Assembly: GCA_030248215.1 (NCBI GenBank)
Contig: JASANG010000245.1
Span: forward strand, 186,001-250,000
Source: Enoplolaimus lenunculus
Taxonomy: Eukaryota
Direction: 5' to 3'
Length of the DNA stretch: 64,000 nucleotides
Shown here: positions 26,801 through 37,111 of the stretch, in pieces
How positions within the stretch are numbered: position 1 is the stretch's first letter
Layout of the letters: the number at the start of each line of letters is the position of its first letter
Notes under the pieces: model-generated
What the model was told of the DNA's origin: nothing
The model's input: the letters and a program-made list of their open reading frames with translations, nothing else
Database searches by the model: none
Program-made: the position numbers and the translations under genes

Positions 26801-29800
26801 AAAATTTTAGTTTTTGCCGATTTTGAATATCAAATTTTAGTTTTTACCAATTTTGAATATCAAATTTTATTTTTTACCAATTTTGAATATCAAATTTATT
26901 TTTTAACGATTTTGAACATAAAATTTTAGATTTTACCGATTTTGAATATCAAATTTTAGTTTTTACCAATTTTGAATATCAAATTTTATTTTTTACCGAT
27001 TTTGAACATAAAATTTTAGTTTTTAACGATTTTGAATATAAAATTTTAGTTTTTACCGATTCTGAATAGAAAATTTTATTTTTCTTTGAACATAAAATTT
27101 TAGTTTTTAACGATTTTGAATATAAAATTTTAGTTTTTGCCGATTCTGAATATAAAATTTTAGTTTTTAACGATTTTGAATATAAAATTTTAGTTTTTGC
27201 CGATTCTGAATATAAAATTTTAGTTTTTTGCCGATTCTGAATATAAAATTTTAGTTTTTACCGATTCTGAATAGAAAATTTTAGTTTTGATCCTTGTTGT
27301 GGGGTACTAGGTCTAAACGAACGGGGCCCTCTCGTATCCACTAGTGGCCCTAAATACGTTTTAAAGTTTTTAACTCAACTATATTTGGTCCTTTTGGTCA
27401 TTTATGCGTTACAATTAGGGATAATTGACATTTTTATGGACCCTAATGAGGGTTTAGATTCTCTATTCGCTTACAGACTTTTATTAGGGATACGGATTCC
27501 AATTGATTAGGACTCAAAATGGAAACCCCTTCTTATTTCCCACTCTTTATTCCGGTTACTACAGTATATACTTCAAGTTTGCTTAATGAAAATTCACTGT
27601 AATTAATATATTATATTTGTTTTCAAGTGTTATGGTTTGAACCATTCAAAATAAGCATGTCAATGTACGTCAATATCTTGCTTCTTGCGGCCAAAACACG
27701 TAATAACGCCAGATTGTGCTCCAACAACAACCTAAAAATATATTTTACAGTAAAGTTAAGACATTTATTCTCCCTTTCAGTTGAAACATACGTTCAAGAT
27801 AGGATTCAAATTCGACGATTGCGGACGGAAGGCATTTACTATCCCTACTCAGGTATTGGAGCTTAACGTTCGAGCACGAGGGTGGTTTCACGTCTTGTGG
27901 AGTTACTGCACTGTGTATACGCGTAATTAGTAACATTGTGCATTGTGTATAATTTTGCGTATACAGTTTGCGCTATTGAGTTGTCTATAGTCTACTGCAA
28001 TGCTTCACAACTTGTGCGATTGTTTTGCAAGTTGTACTAACGTGAAAAATTAAACCGCGGACGCGATTCGTAGTGCGATCCGGAGTCAGAATCAAGTACA
28101 CTGCAAGAAATGGTGAGTCAAATTGACTCTTTCCGAAGTAGGCTCTACGGGACTACACAAACTGAGTCAAATTCGACTCCGCCAGAGTCAAATTCGACTG
28201 ACTGAGGCGCACGTTTGACTCTGGCGGAGTCGAATTTGACTCATTTTGTGTAGTCCCGTAGAGCCTATTTCGGAGAGGGTCAATTTAACTCACCATTTTT
28301 TACAGTGTAAGTAGTCCGGTGACTAAATTTGAAAGCTTTGTGAAGCACTGTTTCAGACTTTATCGCAGTGTTAATTCGCTTCCACGCCATGCTTTGATGC
28401 GTCGTTATGTATAATTTATATATATATTCTGTATCGGTCAACATTACCGACAAGTGTATTTGCGCGGAAACTATAAAGATGTTAAACCTAACGTTTAGAA
28501 TCTTAAACTGTAAACCCTTCATCTCTGCTTGTCATATTGTAAACTGCGAAAAATGGTTAGTCAAATTGAATCTCTCCAAAAATGGGATTTTGAAAACTAC
28601 ACACACTGAGTCAAATTCGACTCACTGAGCGACTCGGGTGAGTCTAATTTGAATCCGGGCGCAGTCGAATTTAACACAGTTTGTATAGTACGGAAAAGCC
28701 TATTTCGGAGAAAGTCAATTTGACTCACCATTTTTTGGAGCGTACAGCTTAAGGTTTGTTGTTTATAGTTGACAATACAGAAAGTATACTTATATATGAT
28801 TCCAACTCCGTGTTTGAAACTTATTTCTCTTAAATGGCTTGGTTATAAAGGGAAAAAAGTTCATTTTGTTTTAAATTTCACAGTTAGAAACATCTTTTGA
28901 CTTAAAAGAGTAAATTTTTGGTGATGCTAAAATTTTAAATGAGATATATACAATCATACTTTTTGAAGACCGCCTTTGTCGGTCATTGGAAGCAATCGCA
29001 TGCAGCCCACACTCGTGGCACCAACCTAAAATATTAAAATTTTAACGCTTAAAATATCGAAACATTTTGTGCGAAATGGAGCCAGAAGTAAAACTGGGTT
29101 TTAAAACGTTTTTCGCATTTCAAATGGCATTTTTCAAAACGCTTTTTTGTAAGCTGGGCCCATATTCTCAAATGCATATAGCATCTGGCCGCAGTTTGTA
29201 ATACGTTTTCAAACTAACGAACGGCTGCAATTGCAGATTTCATAATTTGCACAGAATTAGAAAAAATCGAAAGCAGGAAAATGTGCTGAATTTCAAACCT
29301 CATCATTCTCTGGTTTGAAAGTTACAAGACATATCGCCAACTGGTAATAGGTGCTACACACTTTTGAGAATCAGGCTGCAGGACAAAGAAACTGTCAAAT
29401 GAATACCTACTATAAGGACTTAATGCAAAGTACGCTTGTACGATCTTTAGTTTGTTTACGGCAAGATTTTAGCGGAAATATAAGCAGTTTTTTCAAAAAG
29501 TAAAAACATCGTTTTTAAGCAAGATTTCAAATTTCAAAATACAAAAAGTGCTCAACCACACACTCCCCATTTTAAAATCTTTGTTTCACCTACTGAAAAC
29601 CGTAGTCTGACATGTGATACGGTTCAAAATTAATAAACAAAACTGATAAAGCTTAGAAATAGTCTTCAGTCATCTTGTTTTACTGTAGTGATCCGAATAC
29701 CTAACAGGGGGGAATAAGAGGGGTCCCCATTTTGAGTCCCAATCAATAGGAGTCGGTATCTCTAACAAGAGTCCGTAAGCAGATAAAGTCACTAAACCAT

Positions 29801-30213
29801 AATTAGAGTCCATAAATGTCACTTATCCCTAATTATCGCGGAAAATATGATTCCAGCACCAAATACAGTTGAGTTCGAAACTTTAAAGCATACTTATGGT
29901 TTGAAAATACATTCTTAAAAGTATAACCTTGCATTATCGCTCAAAGTTTTGATACAAGGCAAATAACCGTTTAATTGAACGGATAGTTGCAATACCGAAC
30001 ATATATATATCAGTAACGAAGGGCAGGATAAAAATAAATTAAACAGTCCGTAACCGAATAACAGGTGTTACCCTCTGGAGAGGCCGAATAATATCAGTCC
30101 CCCTTTTATTCGGGTCCCTACAGTATATATTGATTTCACTGGTAAAAATATAATTATATATTGCAGCTTTTACTCACTTGTGTGTAATCCAACCTGCGAA
30201 AATTAAGTTCCAT
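2815..30213 (-). CDS. BBS7: Bardet-Biedl syndrome 7 protein (BBSome subunit), 19 coding exons, 743 aa
   Basis: Hand-spliced exons, 5' to 3' on minus: 30213-30178, 29025-28960, 27731-27669, 25791-25616, 24906-24776, 24224-24084, 23609-23543, 22856-22807, 19162-18999, 13699-13615, 13119-12981, 12629-12437, 10515-10438, 9759-9551, 8401-8237, 7401-7292, 6260-6157, 4789-4666, 2945-2815. All phases join. The protein reads [17 protein letters not shown]...[17 protein letters not shown]...[31 protein letters not shown]...[14 protein letters not shown]...[19 protein letters not shown]...FFQD*, collinear with BBS7 from N- to C-terminus. Confidence 0.97.
2946..4665 (-). other. U12-type (minor spliceosome) AT-AC intron, last intron of BBS7, 1720 nt
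   Basis: Minus strand: ...GTA TAC G|ATATCCTTTTC, branch site TTTCCTTAAC (2977-2968), then TAATTATGTTTGCAATTTTCAC|GT ATC ATC. Splicing restores [17 protein letters not shown]. No AG is available near the last exon start. Confidence 0.95.
3040..4150. repeat. Cluster of palindromic MITE copies (CACCCC..GAGGGGGTC..AAAACGCAACGC..GGTACATT ends) inside the BBS7 U12 intron
   Basis: The same terminal motif recurs in both orientations at about 3040-3125, 3250-3480, 3568-3780 and 4045-4150. Confidence 0.65.
5440..5800. mobile_element. MITE rich in CTTAAGT motifs with GGGTTTCTGAAACCC ends
   Basis: Homologous copies at 13783-14069 plus 17777-17865, 18475-18965 (inverted, partly duplicated) and 36077-36246. 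Confidence 0.7.
6750..7018. mobile_element. piggyBac-type MITE (TTAA-CCC...GGG-TTTAA) carrying a tRNA-like segment
   Basis: TTAACCCTTTCTCACAT ... ATGTGAGAAGGGTTTAA terminal inverted repeats. Internal minus-strand TAGCTGAGTGG ... GGAGTTCGAATCC. A decayed relative lies at about 27770-28000. Confidence 0.65.
8434..8851. mobile_element. TTAGGC-bearing MITE family B (expanded copy)
   Basis: TIRs GGCCAATGTTAC.TTTAAGGG.CGT / ACGCCCCTAAAAG.AACATGGGC enclose (GCCTAA)n blocks repeated in about 40-bp units. Other copies at about 2545-2731, 3822-3968, 7476-7688, 43385-43692 and 44167-44352. Confidence 0.85.
9090..9404. mobile_element. TTAGGC-bearing MITE family A (expanded copy)
   Basis: TIRs GGCCCATGTAAAGA.CA..G.CGGAAC / GTTCCG.CCCTGTTCT.TACAT.GGCC enclose (TTAGGC)n. 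Other copies at about 2388, 6447-6605, 8002-8180, 10903-11057, 16347-16510, 17010-17168, 39455-39608, 40400, 42541-42726, 48455-49252, 50690-50847, 62760-62908 and 63070-63249. Confidence 0.85.
11112..12371. mobile_element. Cluster of four foldback MITEs (ACACTGTAAATTCCA.TGAGTTGATT ... AATCAACTCACTG.AATTTACAGTGT)
   Basis: Copies at about 11112-11370, 11505-11662, 11871-12120 and 12121-12371. The last two are adjacent and split a GGGCCCA.ATTC.CAAA-type MITE (11678-12410; intact relatives at 29155-29376 and 55417-55643). Another copy lies at 23767-24003. Confidence 0.8.
13300..13468. mobile_element. Short palindromic MITE
   Basis: TATGTTGTAGCCCAGGTCGTAATTT ... AAATTACGACTTGGACTACAACATA inverted termini. 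Confidence 0.7.
14070..17776. mobile_element. Non-autonomous PIF/Harbinger-like element with internal TTGACGGTTGCCGTC minisatellite, split by a 2.6-kb internal insert
   Basis: TIRs TGCATCGTCCACAACAACGCGCGTACGCTGTGTGGATTTTTG / CAAAAATCCACACAGTGTACGCACGTTGTTGGGGACGGTGCA, flanked by a TTA direct repeat (14067-14069, 17777-17779). Arrays of about 30-bp units lie at 14120-14620 and 17215-17730. Confidence 0.8.
24290..24832. repeat. Three approx. 180-bp tandem units containing the 3' end and donor of BBS7 exon 5
   Basis: CCTTCAGTCACCAAAA.GCATATGACGTCATTTATACGATCACCACATAAAA.TGACG occurs at about 24415, 24596 and 24775. Only the last is in the real exon. Confidence 0.9.
25890..27290. repeat. 30-bp AT-rich minisatellite, about 46 copies, in BBS7 intron 3
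   Basis: Unit TTTTGAATAT(A/C)AAATTTTAGTTTTT(A/G)CCGA. The ORF 26500-26760 is its translation. Confidence 0.97.
28098..28309. mobile_element. Palindromic MITE (ACACTGCAAGAAATGGTGAGTCAAATTGACTC...)
   Basis: Near-perfect inverted arms of about 100 bp. Further copies at 28535-28745 and a half copy at 63557-63650. Confidence 0.8.
29681..30125. mobile_element. MITE with TACTGTAGTGA.CCGAATA / TATTCGGGTC.CTACAGTA termini (TA-flanked) in BBS7 intron 1
   Basis: Inverted termini. Related fragments at about 520-666, 19308-19920 (tandem duplicated), 27340-27566 and 62551. Confidence 0.7.
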
Positions 30214-32187
30214 GCTAAGACAACAACACTTAACCGAACACAGGTATTCGAAATGTAGACTGATTTATAAATTAAGAAATGTCTTGGCATATATATGTCA
30301 ATACTCAGGGTTTTTCTAATTATTTATAGAAAGTCTACCGACCGCGGACATCTATTAAAGATGGAAGGTTTCGCATACTTGCGCATATTGCAGGGTGCAA
30401 CCGGAGGTGAAAGAAACAGAGCGGCAGTCGGAGGTCAATATTTTGCCGGGGGCGGAAGCGGAGCCGGAAGTGAATGAACGTTTAGACAATACTAACATTC
30501 AACATGAAGATAAGAGTAGGCAACATGTCAAATTTGAGCTAAAAACTTTTGGAATCGAAATCTAAAATACGTATGTTTAAAAATATTAAATTTATGTCAC
30601 AATTTTTTCAGATTTTTCTGTGATAAGCATTTACTGGCCTGTCTGCGGGTTCCTGGCCGGTGCACAGCACTACTGCCCGAACCTCTGGCTATGAACTTTT
30701 ACAAAGCGGAAGCTTAGGTCGATGGTCTGCCGGAACCGGAAGCAGACCCAGGTTCTACCCTGGTATTTTGGGCATTGCTCCAGCATATAAAGAACAGATG
30801 TATTAAATTCACTAATGCAACGTATATGGAAATTTATGCTATAAACTCTATTATTATCTGCTCATGCTTCAAAATATTGGGGTTATAAACCTTGAGGTCA
30901 TATGACTGGAATGTATATTGCACAGACAAATATGCGTTAATACACATTAGCACTGCAGTTTCTAAAACTTCAAAATGAAGCCGATAAAGGCTATAGAATG
31001 GTCTAGTGTTCAAATGTAAAAGTCACAGTTCACCAACGCTCAAAAATGTGGCTTCCCTTTGTAGTCCTATTCCCGCAAATTTAAGCGTAAGGCTGGTGCT
31101 GAACATTGCAGCAAAAGGGCTCGTTTTAAACAACACCTTTGAGAGTGTTTGTTACTATGCAACGAAACGATCAATATAGGCGTGTTTCTAGTGTCCCGGA
31201 CAGCGCACGTCTCGAGAAAAATGAGAACGCTTTGGGTCAATGTTGTGAATACTTTTAGCAGTGCCCGTTTACCGGCGGGATATCAATCTGCTCGGAAAGC
31301 AACAGCGACCATTATGCACATATGTTTTTACCTGAACGGTTGCAACAGCTTCAAGCCTGTGCTATTTGCTTTCGAGACTACGGGACAGGCGGGACAGATT
31401 GGAAGCGTTTCGCTGCACTAACAGGTAGCTCACCCTTGGGTTTAAGACTTGACACAAATTCAAAAAGCCGTGAACTGCCAGCTAGACGCAAGTTTTGTAT
31501 AAAACTCTTCGGAGGTTACGCGTCAGTGGGGATTCAGTTTCTTTTGCAAAACAACTACCACCAAATGGTATTTCAAGATGTCATCTTTTAAAATACTGGT
31601 AGAAAGGCAATGGTTTCTTGTTCCTTGGCTTCCACGCCTCTGCCAGATTATATTTAGAGGTAAATGTCGTAAAAAGATGATTGGTAGGTCTTCATTATAT
31701 TTTAAATCGGATTAGCAAGCATAGCTAGTGTTTGGTTTTGTATAAAAAGTATTTGAAACGCTACTATGATTGTCTTAGACACAACAGTATTGGAATCGAT
31801 CGGCCGTATTCTAGATCTGGCCTCGGTCCGGATCTGAGCAATTTTCAAGGTCCGTATCCGGTAGAATGTACTAACTCATCTCAAGTTTACTTAAGCGATG
31901 GAAGTTATATGCGAGGTAACATGCCACGAGATATTCTACTCTAACGGTGCTCCACATCCGGTAAAAGCAAAAATTTAGTTCCGGTCTTGTTGTTCCGTAA
32001 GTTTTGTTAATAAACTATTGTTTCCTCAACTTTCGAAGCTTCTGTGGAGGTCACTTTATGTTGAAACTAACTCGGCTAGGACGTCGACACGTATTTTGTC
32101 TGTCAGAACTGCAAGGTCGGGACGACCCCTTTCCTCGAAGTACTGCGAATACACATGGTTTTCCCCTTAAATTTCTCCGAAAGATAT

Positions 32188-32258
32188 CGCCACTCCGGGA
32201 GTCGGACCTCGGACCTCTCTTGCGAGTCAAGCGCGCTGCCCATTACACCACGCGGCCG
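32188..32258 (-). repeat. tRNA-like pseudogene / SINE head
   Basis: Minus strand: GGCCGCGTGGTGTAATGGGCAGCGCGCTTGACTCGCAAGAGAGGTCCGAGGTCCGACTCCCGGAGTGGCG. A- and B-box-like motifs and paired ends are present, but the anticodon stem is broken. Confidence 0.55.
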
Positions 32259-32869
32259 ATATCATAATTTCCTCTGGTGCGATATGTGCACGAGTATGTA
32301 TGTATCTTAACATTACACACTCTGCACATACAAAAGGTACATATACGCACACTGCCGGCTAGAACCTGCAGTGTACTGCACTAAAGGAAATTTCTCCAAG
32401 CTAGTAGTTGTTAAATCAGAAGACACTACGCTGTGATCGTCAGCCACAATTTCATGTGTGCTGCCCGTCTTCTGGTCCTGAAATGCCAGGGTCCTATAAC
32501 AGCCATCGACGTCGAACCAGGTATTACATACAGCCACCAAGCGCATGTCCGTTCAAAAACCGTAGCCAACCTAACCTCCGGTACAGGTGATGCGCTACCG
32601 GTGAAACATTGGATCAGACGTGGATAAGTCATGGGTCTCTAGCTTGTAAAGCAGAAAGGTACACTACCACCGGCCACGTTTTCCGGCTGCGCAGCATGGT
32701 TTTACAATTTAATTTAAAATTTGTGGATCAAAAACTTTAAAATACTGCCGAACAAAATTATTTTTGTTGATTGACAACTGGCCCTAAGCTTTCATTATAA
32801 TGTCATGTCAAATACGTAATGCCAGCTGTATGTATTTCTTTCTGCGATAGAAAACTTGTTGGTCTCGGT

Positions 32870-33230
32870 TAGGGATGTGCCAATACCGATGCCGATTATT
32901 ATTTTGATATTTTGCCGATGCCGATGCCGATTCCAACTTCAGTACTCCATGCTTAATCAACGGATAGAGACTTGACCCCTAACCATCATTAACGATTAAA
33001 ATTTCAGAAGAACGTTTCATTTCAATTCATTTTTTCACGCAAGAGAGAACTCAGTTTCCCAGACCAGACACACTGATATGCGCCCAGAAATGAAATTGAT
33101 ACGTAGCATTCCAATTGATTGTTCTGTGCAAAAAGTATCGGCAAAGAATCGGCAATTTTTTTGCAGTGCCGATGCCGATACCCACGAAAAGTGCCGATTT
33201 TACCGATGCCGATTAATCGGCACATTCCTG
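32870..33230. mobile_element. hAT-type MITE with CCGATG repeats
   Basis: TAGGGATGTGCC ... GGCACATTCCTG termini, with 8-bp flanks GTCTCGGT / GTTTCGGT (7/8 match). Confidence 0.75.
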
Positions 33231-34185
33231 GTTTCGGTTATGAAGGCCACCGAAAACATGCATTCCAACCATTCCTTACGATACAGTTACTGTTCAGAAT
33301 GTAGGTGCGGGTTGTATGGTGCAGAGCAAAACTGGATTATACCGGAATCGGTATCGAAACAGCAAATTTGTACTGGAATCGGAATCGGAACTACAAATTT
33401 TGTGTCTATATGGATAATTTGTATTACCAAGTAAAACACTGATTTTGGGTGTCTGTTGGCCGGCAGCAATTCCCAAAAACGTCGCATGAACAAATTGGCA
33501 ATCATTTTTTGGATATGTAAAATTAAACTACTATCAATTATTGATAAGTTAACTCATTGAAAACAATTTAATAGACAAATGATGCAGAATTTTTATACAA
33601 CTTATCACAACAAGTAGGCCTAAAATTAAAATGTGGAAATTCCAATTCCGATTGATAGTGCAATCGGAATCGGAATAGGAACTCGTTTTGAATCGGAATT
33701 TTAATCAGAATAGGAATTCCGATTGCACCCTGGCGGGTTGTTAAAATCTAAGCTAATTTTATTGCGGGTATTTTGTGAAGCTATTTTTGTAATACCCGGA
33801 TCCTTAATGTTTTGGTGTGAAAATCCGAACCCGGACCCGGAATTTCTTGAAGTGGAAACCCGGACACGAAATTTTTCACCGAAAACACCCAGAATACCCG
33901 AACCCGGAAATGGATGCAACACTACTAATAACAATCGAACCCAGGCTTCTCTTTTGTAACTTTGTATATATATGTTGAATGATGCTTTTCGGGGATCAAA
34001 GTTTGCTACACATTGTAAAGAGTTTTCAAAGTAACATAAGAAAATCCTAGGGACAATACAGGTAGGTTTGTACTATAAATATTACACTCTCTGAGCCTTA
34101 CAGTCTTTTTTCAATTCCTGTTACTGTTCGCTTACGAAAATTGTCGATATTACCGATGCCTATAAATTGAATGTCCATATTTTAT

Positions 34186-34899
34186 CTGGTTTCTCCACAG
34201 CGGGGGGGCCCCAGCAATTTTCGCAATTTTCATTTTCCCCCGGCGAAAATTTTGCCGCCCCCCGGAAAGGCCCCCCGTCGAATTTTCGGCCGCTTCCCAG
34301 CAAATTTTTTTGCTGGGGGCCCCCAGGACTTTTCTAAGCCAAAAAATTTCAATGTTAAAACGTAAAGACCTGGACTTCTTTTGAAGCGGACATTCGGCAA
34401 AATATGATTTTATATTACGCTGAGCACTCATAATTTTTTAATAGCGTTACAAATACCCGTAGTAACTAATACAATTCAATAATGAACTGAAAAAAGCACA
34501 TTATAAAGACCGTTTCAGGGCATACAGCATTCGAAGTACCTTGCAGCAGCAAGTTCAACCCGCCTGAGCCTTATGATAAACTGAAGCTGTGACTAATCAC
34601 AGTTTCAATTATAGATTATCTATATTTTATATAATTGTGCTTCTTTCAACTTCTGGTTAAGTTGTGGTGTTTGCGAGAAATTTTTGTCATGTTGAGCGAT
34701 GAGTAATCGTCAGTTGAGTTGGAAACACGGTCTAGAATGAAAAAAATGGTCCAAAAAGCCGGTTTGCAAAATTTTAAGCCTGCCCTCCAGGACCCCCAGA
34801 TCATCTGCCCCCCCAGGAAAACTGCCCCCAGCAAAATCAGCTGCCCCCCACCCCCAGGAAACGCCCCTGGCGGAAATTTTCAAGCTGTGGAAAAGCCAG
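34186..34899. mobile_element. TIR element with GC-rich (poly-C/G) subterminal arms, ending about 40 bp upstream of the SIGMAR1-like start codon
   Basis: CTGGTTTCTCCACAGC ... GCTGTGGAAAAGCCAG inverted ends, both flanked by TTTAT. Confidence 0.65.
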
Positions 34900-34940
34900 T
34901 TTATATACGTATATCTCGTATTTTTAAGCTAATTTACATA

Positions 34941-37111
34941 ATGATTTCACGACCTATTCTTAAATTGTTGCGTTATTTCATTTTCATCAGTGTTGTTGGA
35001 AGCGTAATACATCTGTATTTGCTTAAGAAAAATTATCTCTTCACATCACGCCTGGTTCAAAAAGTTGGAGAAAGCAACAAAGGTTAGTTGTCAATTCGGC
35101 TCATCTGGACACAAGTGTCCTGAATAGCAGACTGGCCTACGAGCAAATAGCGGTTTGGCTTAGACCAATTAGTAAGTATGTATCCTGTTTAGCAGACTGA
35201 CCTACGACATATACGTATACGTATCTTACCGGAACCGGAGCGGGAAGGTGAAAAAATGCTGGAATCGAAACCGGAATTCCGGTTGCACCCGGAGTGACAC
35301 GTATATGGTAGATATCTGGGAAAATAAGGAATCTTTAAACAAAATGTTGAAATTTGGTGTCTTGTGATCTTTATATTTTTGAAAGAAGAACCGTACGTGA
35401 TAGGATTCTTTCTCATGTGACTTAATTTAGGATTGTATGTAAAACTGGCCTCGGTTTGGCCCCGGCAAATATCGAGCTGGCCCCGGGGCATCTCTAATGT
35501 ATATCATGTGTACACTTGAACTGTACACCTTTGAATGTCAACTTTAATAGGCGTACCGCGTGCGTACGCACATCATGCCAATCTACGTATACACTCATGT
35601 TTTATATTTATGCACTTGTGTTGCTACTTCTAGGTTTACATCCAAATCAAAGTTTAAAGAATATACATGCTGAGTTCATTCGAAAACAAGCTCCTCATAT
35701 TATTAGAGAGCAAATTTGGGTTCCTCTTCATGCCGGTGGACTGCAAGTGAAATTTGTTTTGTTGCATGCTTCGTTAACCGAATATGTTGGAATAATTGGC
35801 ACGCCAATGGTCTCTACTGGCTACGGTGGTAAGTTGATGACCAACTAAGCTCTAATAACGCTGACGGAGAGTATTGAAACCAACCTACTTGTTTTTGTTA
35901 GTAAAATTTTTGACTAGAGGAAAATATATTGCAATTGTAGATATAGTGAAATTACTTTGTATTTGTATTGAAAATAAATTGAGATTTTCGCGCTTAAGAA
36001 TTCGAAATAGAAACCAAAAATATATATGTATTATTTTTAATACTAATCCGACATTGAAATTTAATAAATTAATAGCTGGGTTTCTGAAATCTTACTTAAG
36101 TATTTATTTACAATTTCAGTTACACAAAATTGTGAGTATTTAGTTAACCTAGGTACGCTTTTAAAAACGACAAAATGGCAACTAAGTAATTACTTAGCAC
36201 GTACTTAAGCACCAAGTGATACATCAGTAGAGTTTCAGAAACCCGGCCAATATGTTTTATTTAAGGTTTCCACTGGATGAATCAAACATGCACGATACTC
36301 ACTGGCAATGTTGAAGTTTCGCGTGATAACCAGTTTTTGTCAAGACAAGATTTTAAACCAGGTTTGTTTCTGGTGCGTTGCATTATTGACAAATTTAATG
36401 GCCATTTTTACTGATAATTAACTGCTTTGTTTGTACTTTTCATCCCACCAAGTGCTTTCCAAACCACTTACTAACGTTTAATATTAAGCTCAAAGAGAAC
36501 AACGCTTCTTGATGCGATCATATTTGCAGACCTTAGCGTGTTCAGCTTCAGTTGGCATCCCGTAGTATTGTTTTTACAGGCGAAACATTGAAGTTCAAAG
36601 TGTTTGAAAGTGCTGCCCTTCGTTTTAACGATGATAGCTGGATGCTTTGTTACGGCAGAGGTATGTTTCGCAATATAGGCAAGCCATATGTTTTTGCGTC
36701 TGATACAGCTAAGTGTCACTTGAGCACTACTGTTCATTTTAGTCAATTTTATAAATAGGACCCAGGAGTCATCATAGTTTTATAACCAGATGCTCTGTTC
36801 GACGCCAGCAAGTGGAATTGAAGAAAGCCTTCCAAGTCAATCATAGGAACAAAAATATCTCCGGACGTTGATTAATTTTTCACATTTCTAGCAGCTTTAC
36901 TGAAAGTTATTACTGTTAGTGAATTATAATATTTATTAAAGGGTTTGTTCCTTTGAGCGCACCGTATGTCTACCTAAACGCCTTAACTTCGTTTGACCTG
37001 CCGTCAATGTTCCGCTTGTCTTATGTTTACTTGCAAGCATTGGCAATGGAAGCGCGCGTTTGCGCATACGAAACATGGGAAATGGTGTCGAAGAAATTTG
37101 GTCTACGCTAA
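34941..37111 (+). CDS. SIGMAR1: Sigma-1 receptor-like / ERG2 family membrane protein, 5 exons, 227 aa
   Basis: Exons 34941-35082, 35634-35828, 36266-36361, 36580-36660, 36942-37111 join in frame with GT-AG. There is an N-terminal hydrophobic helix, then WVPLHAGG..LLHASLTEY..G, FKPGE and WMLCYGRGFVP, matching sigma-1 motifs WVFVNAGG, LLHASLSEY, FYPGE and WMVEYGRGVIP. Confidence 0.9.
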
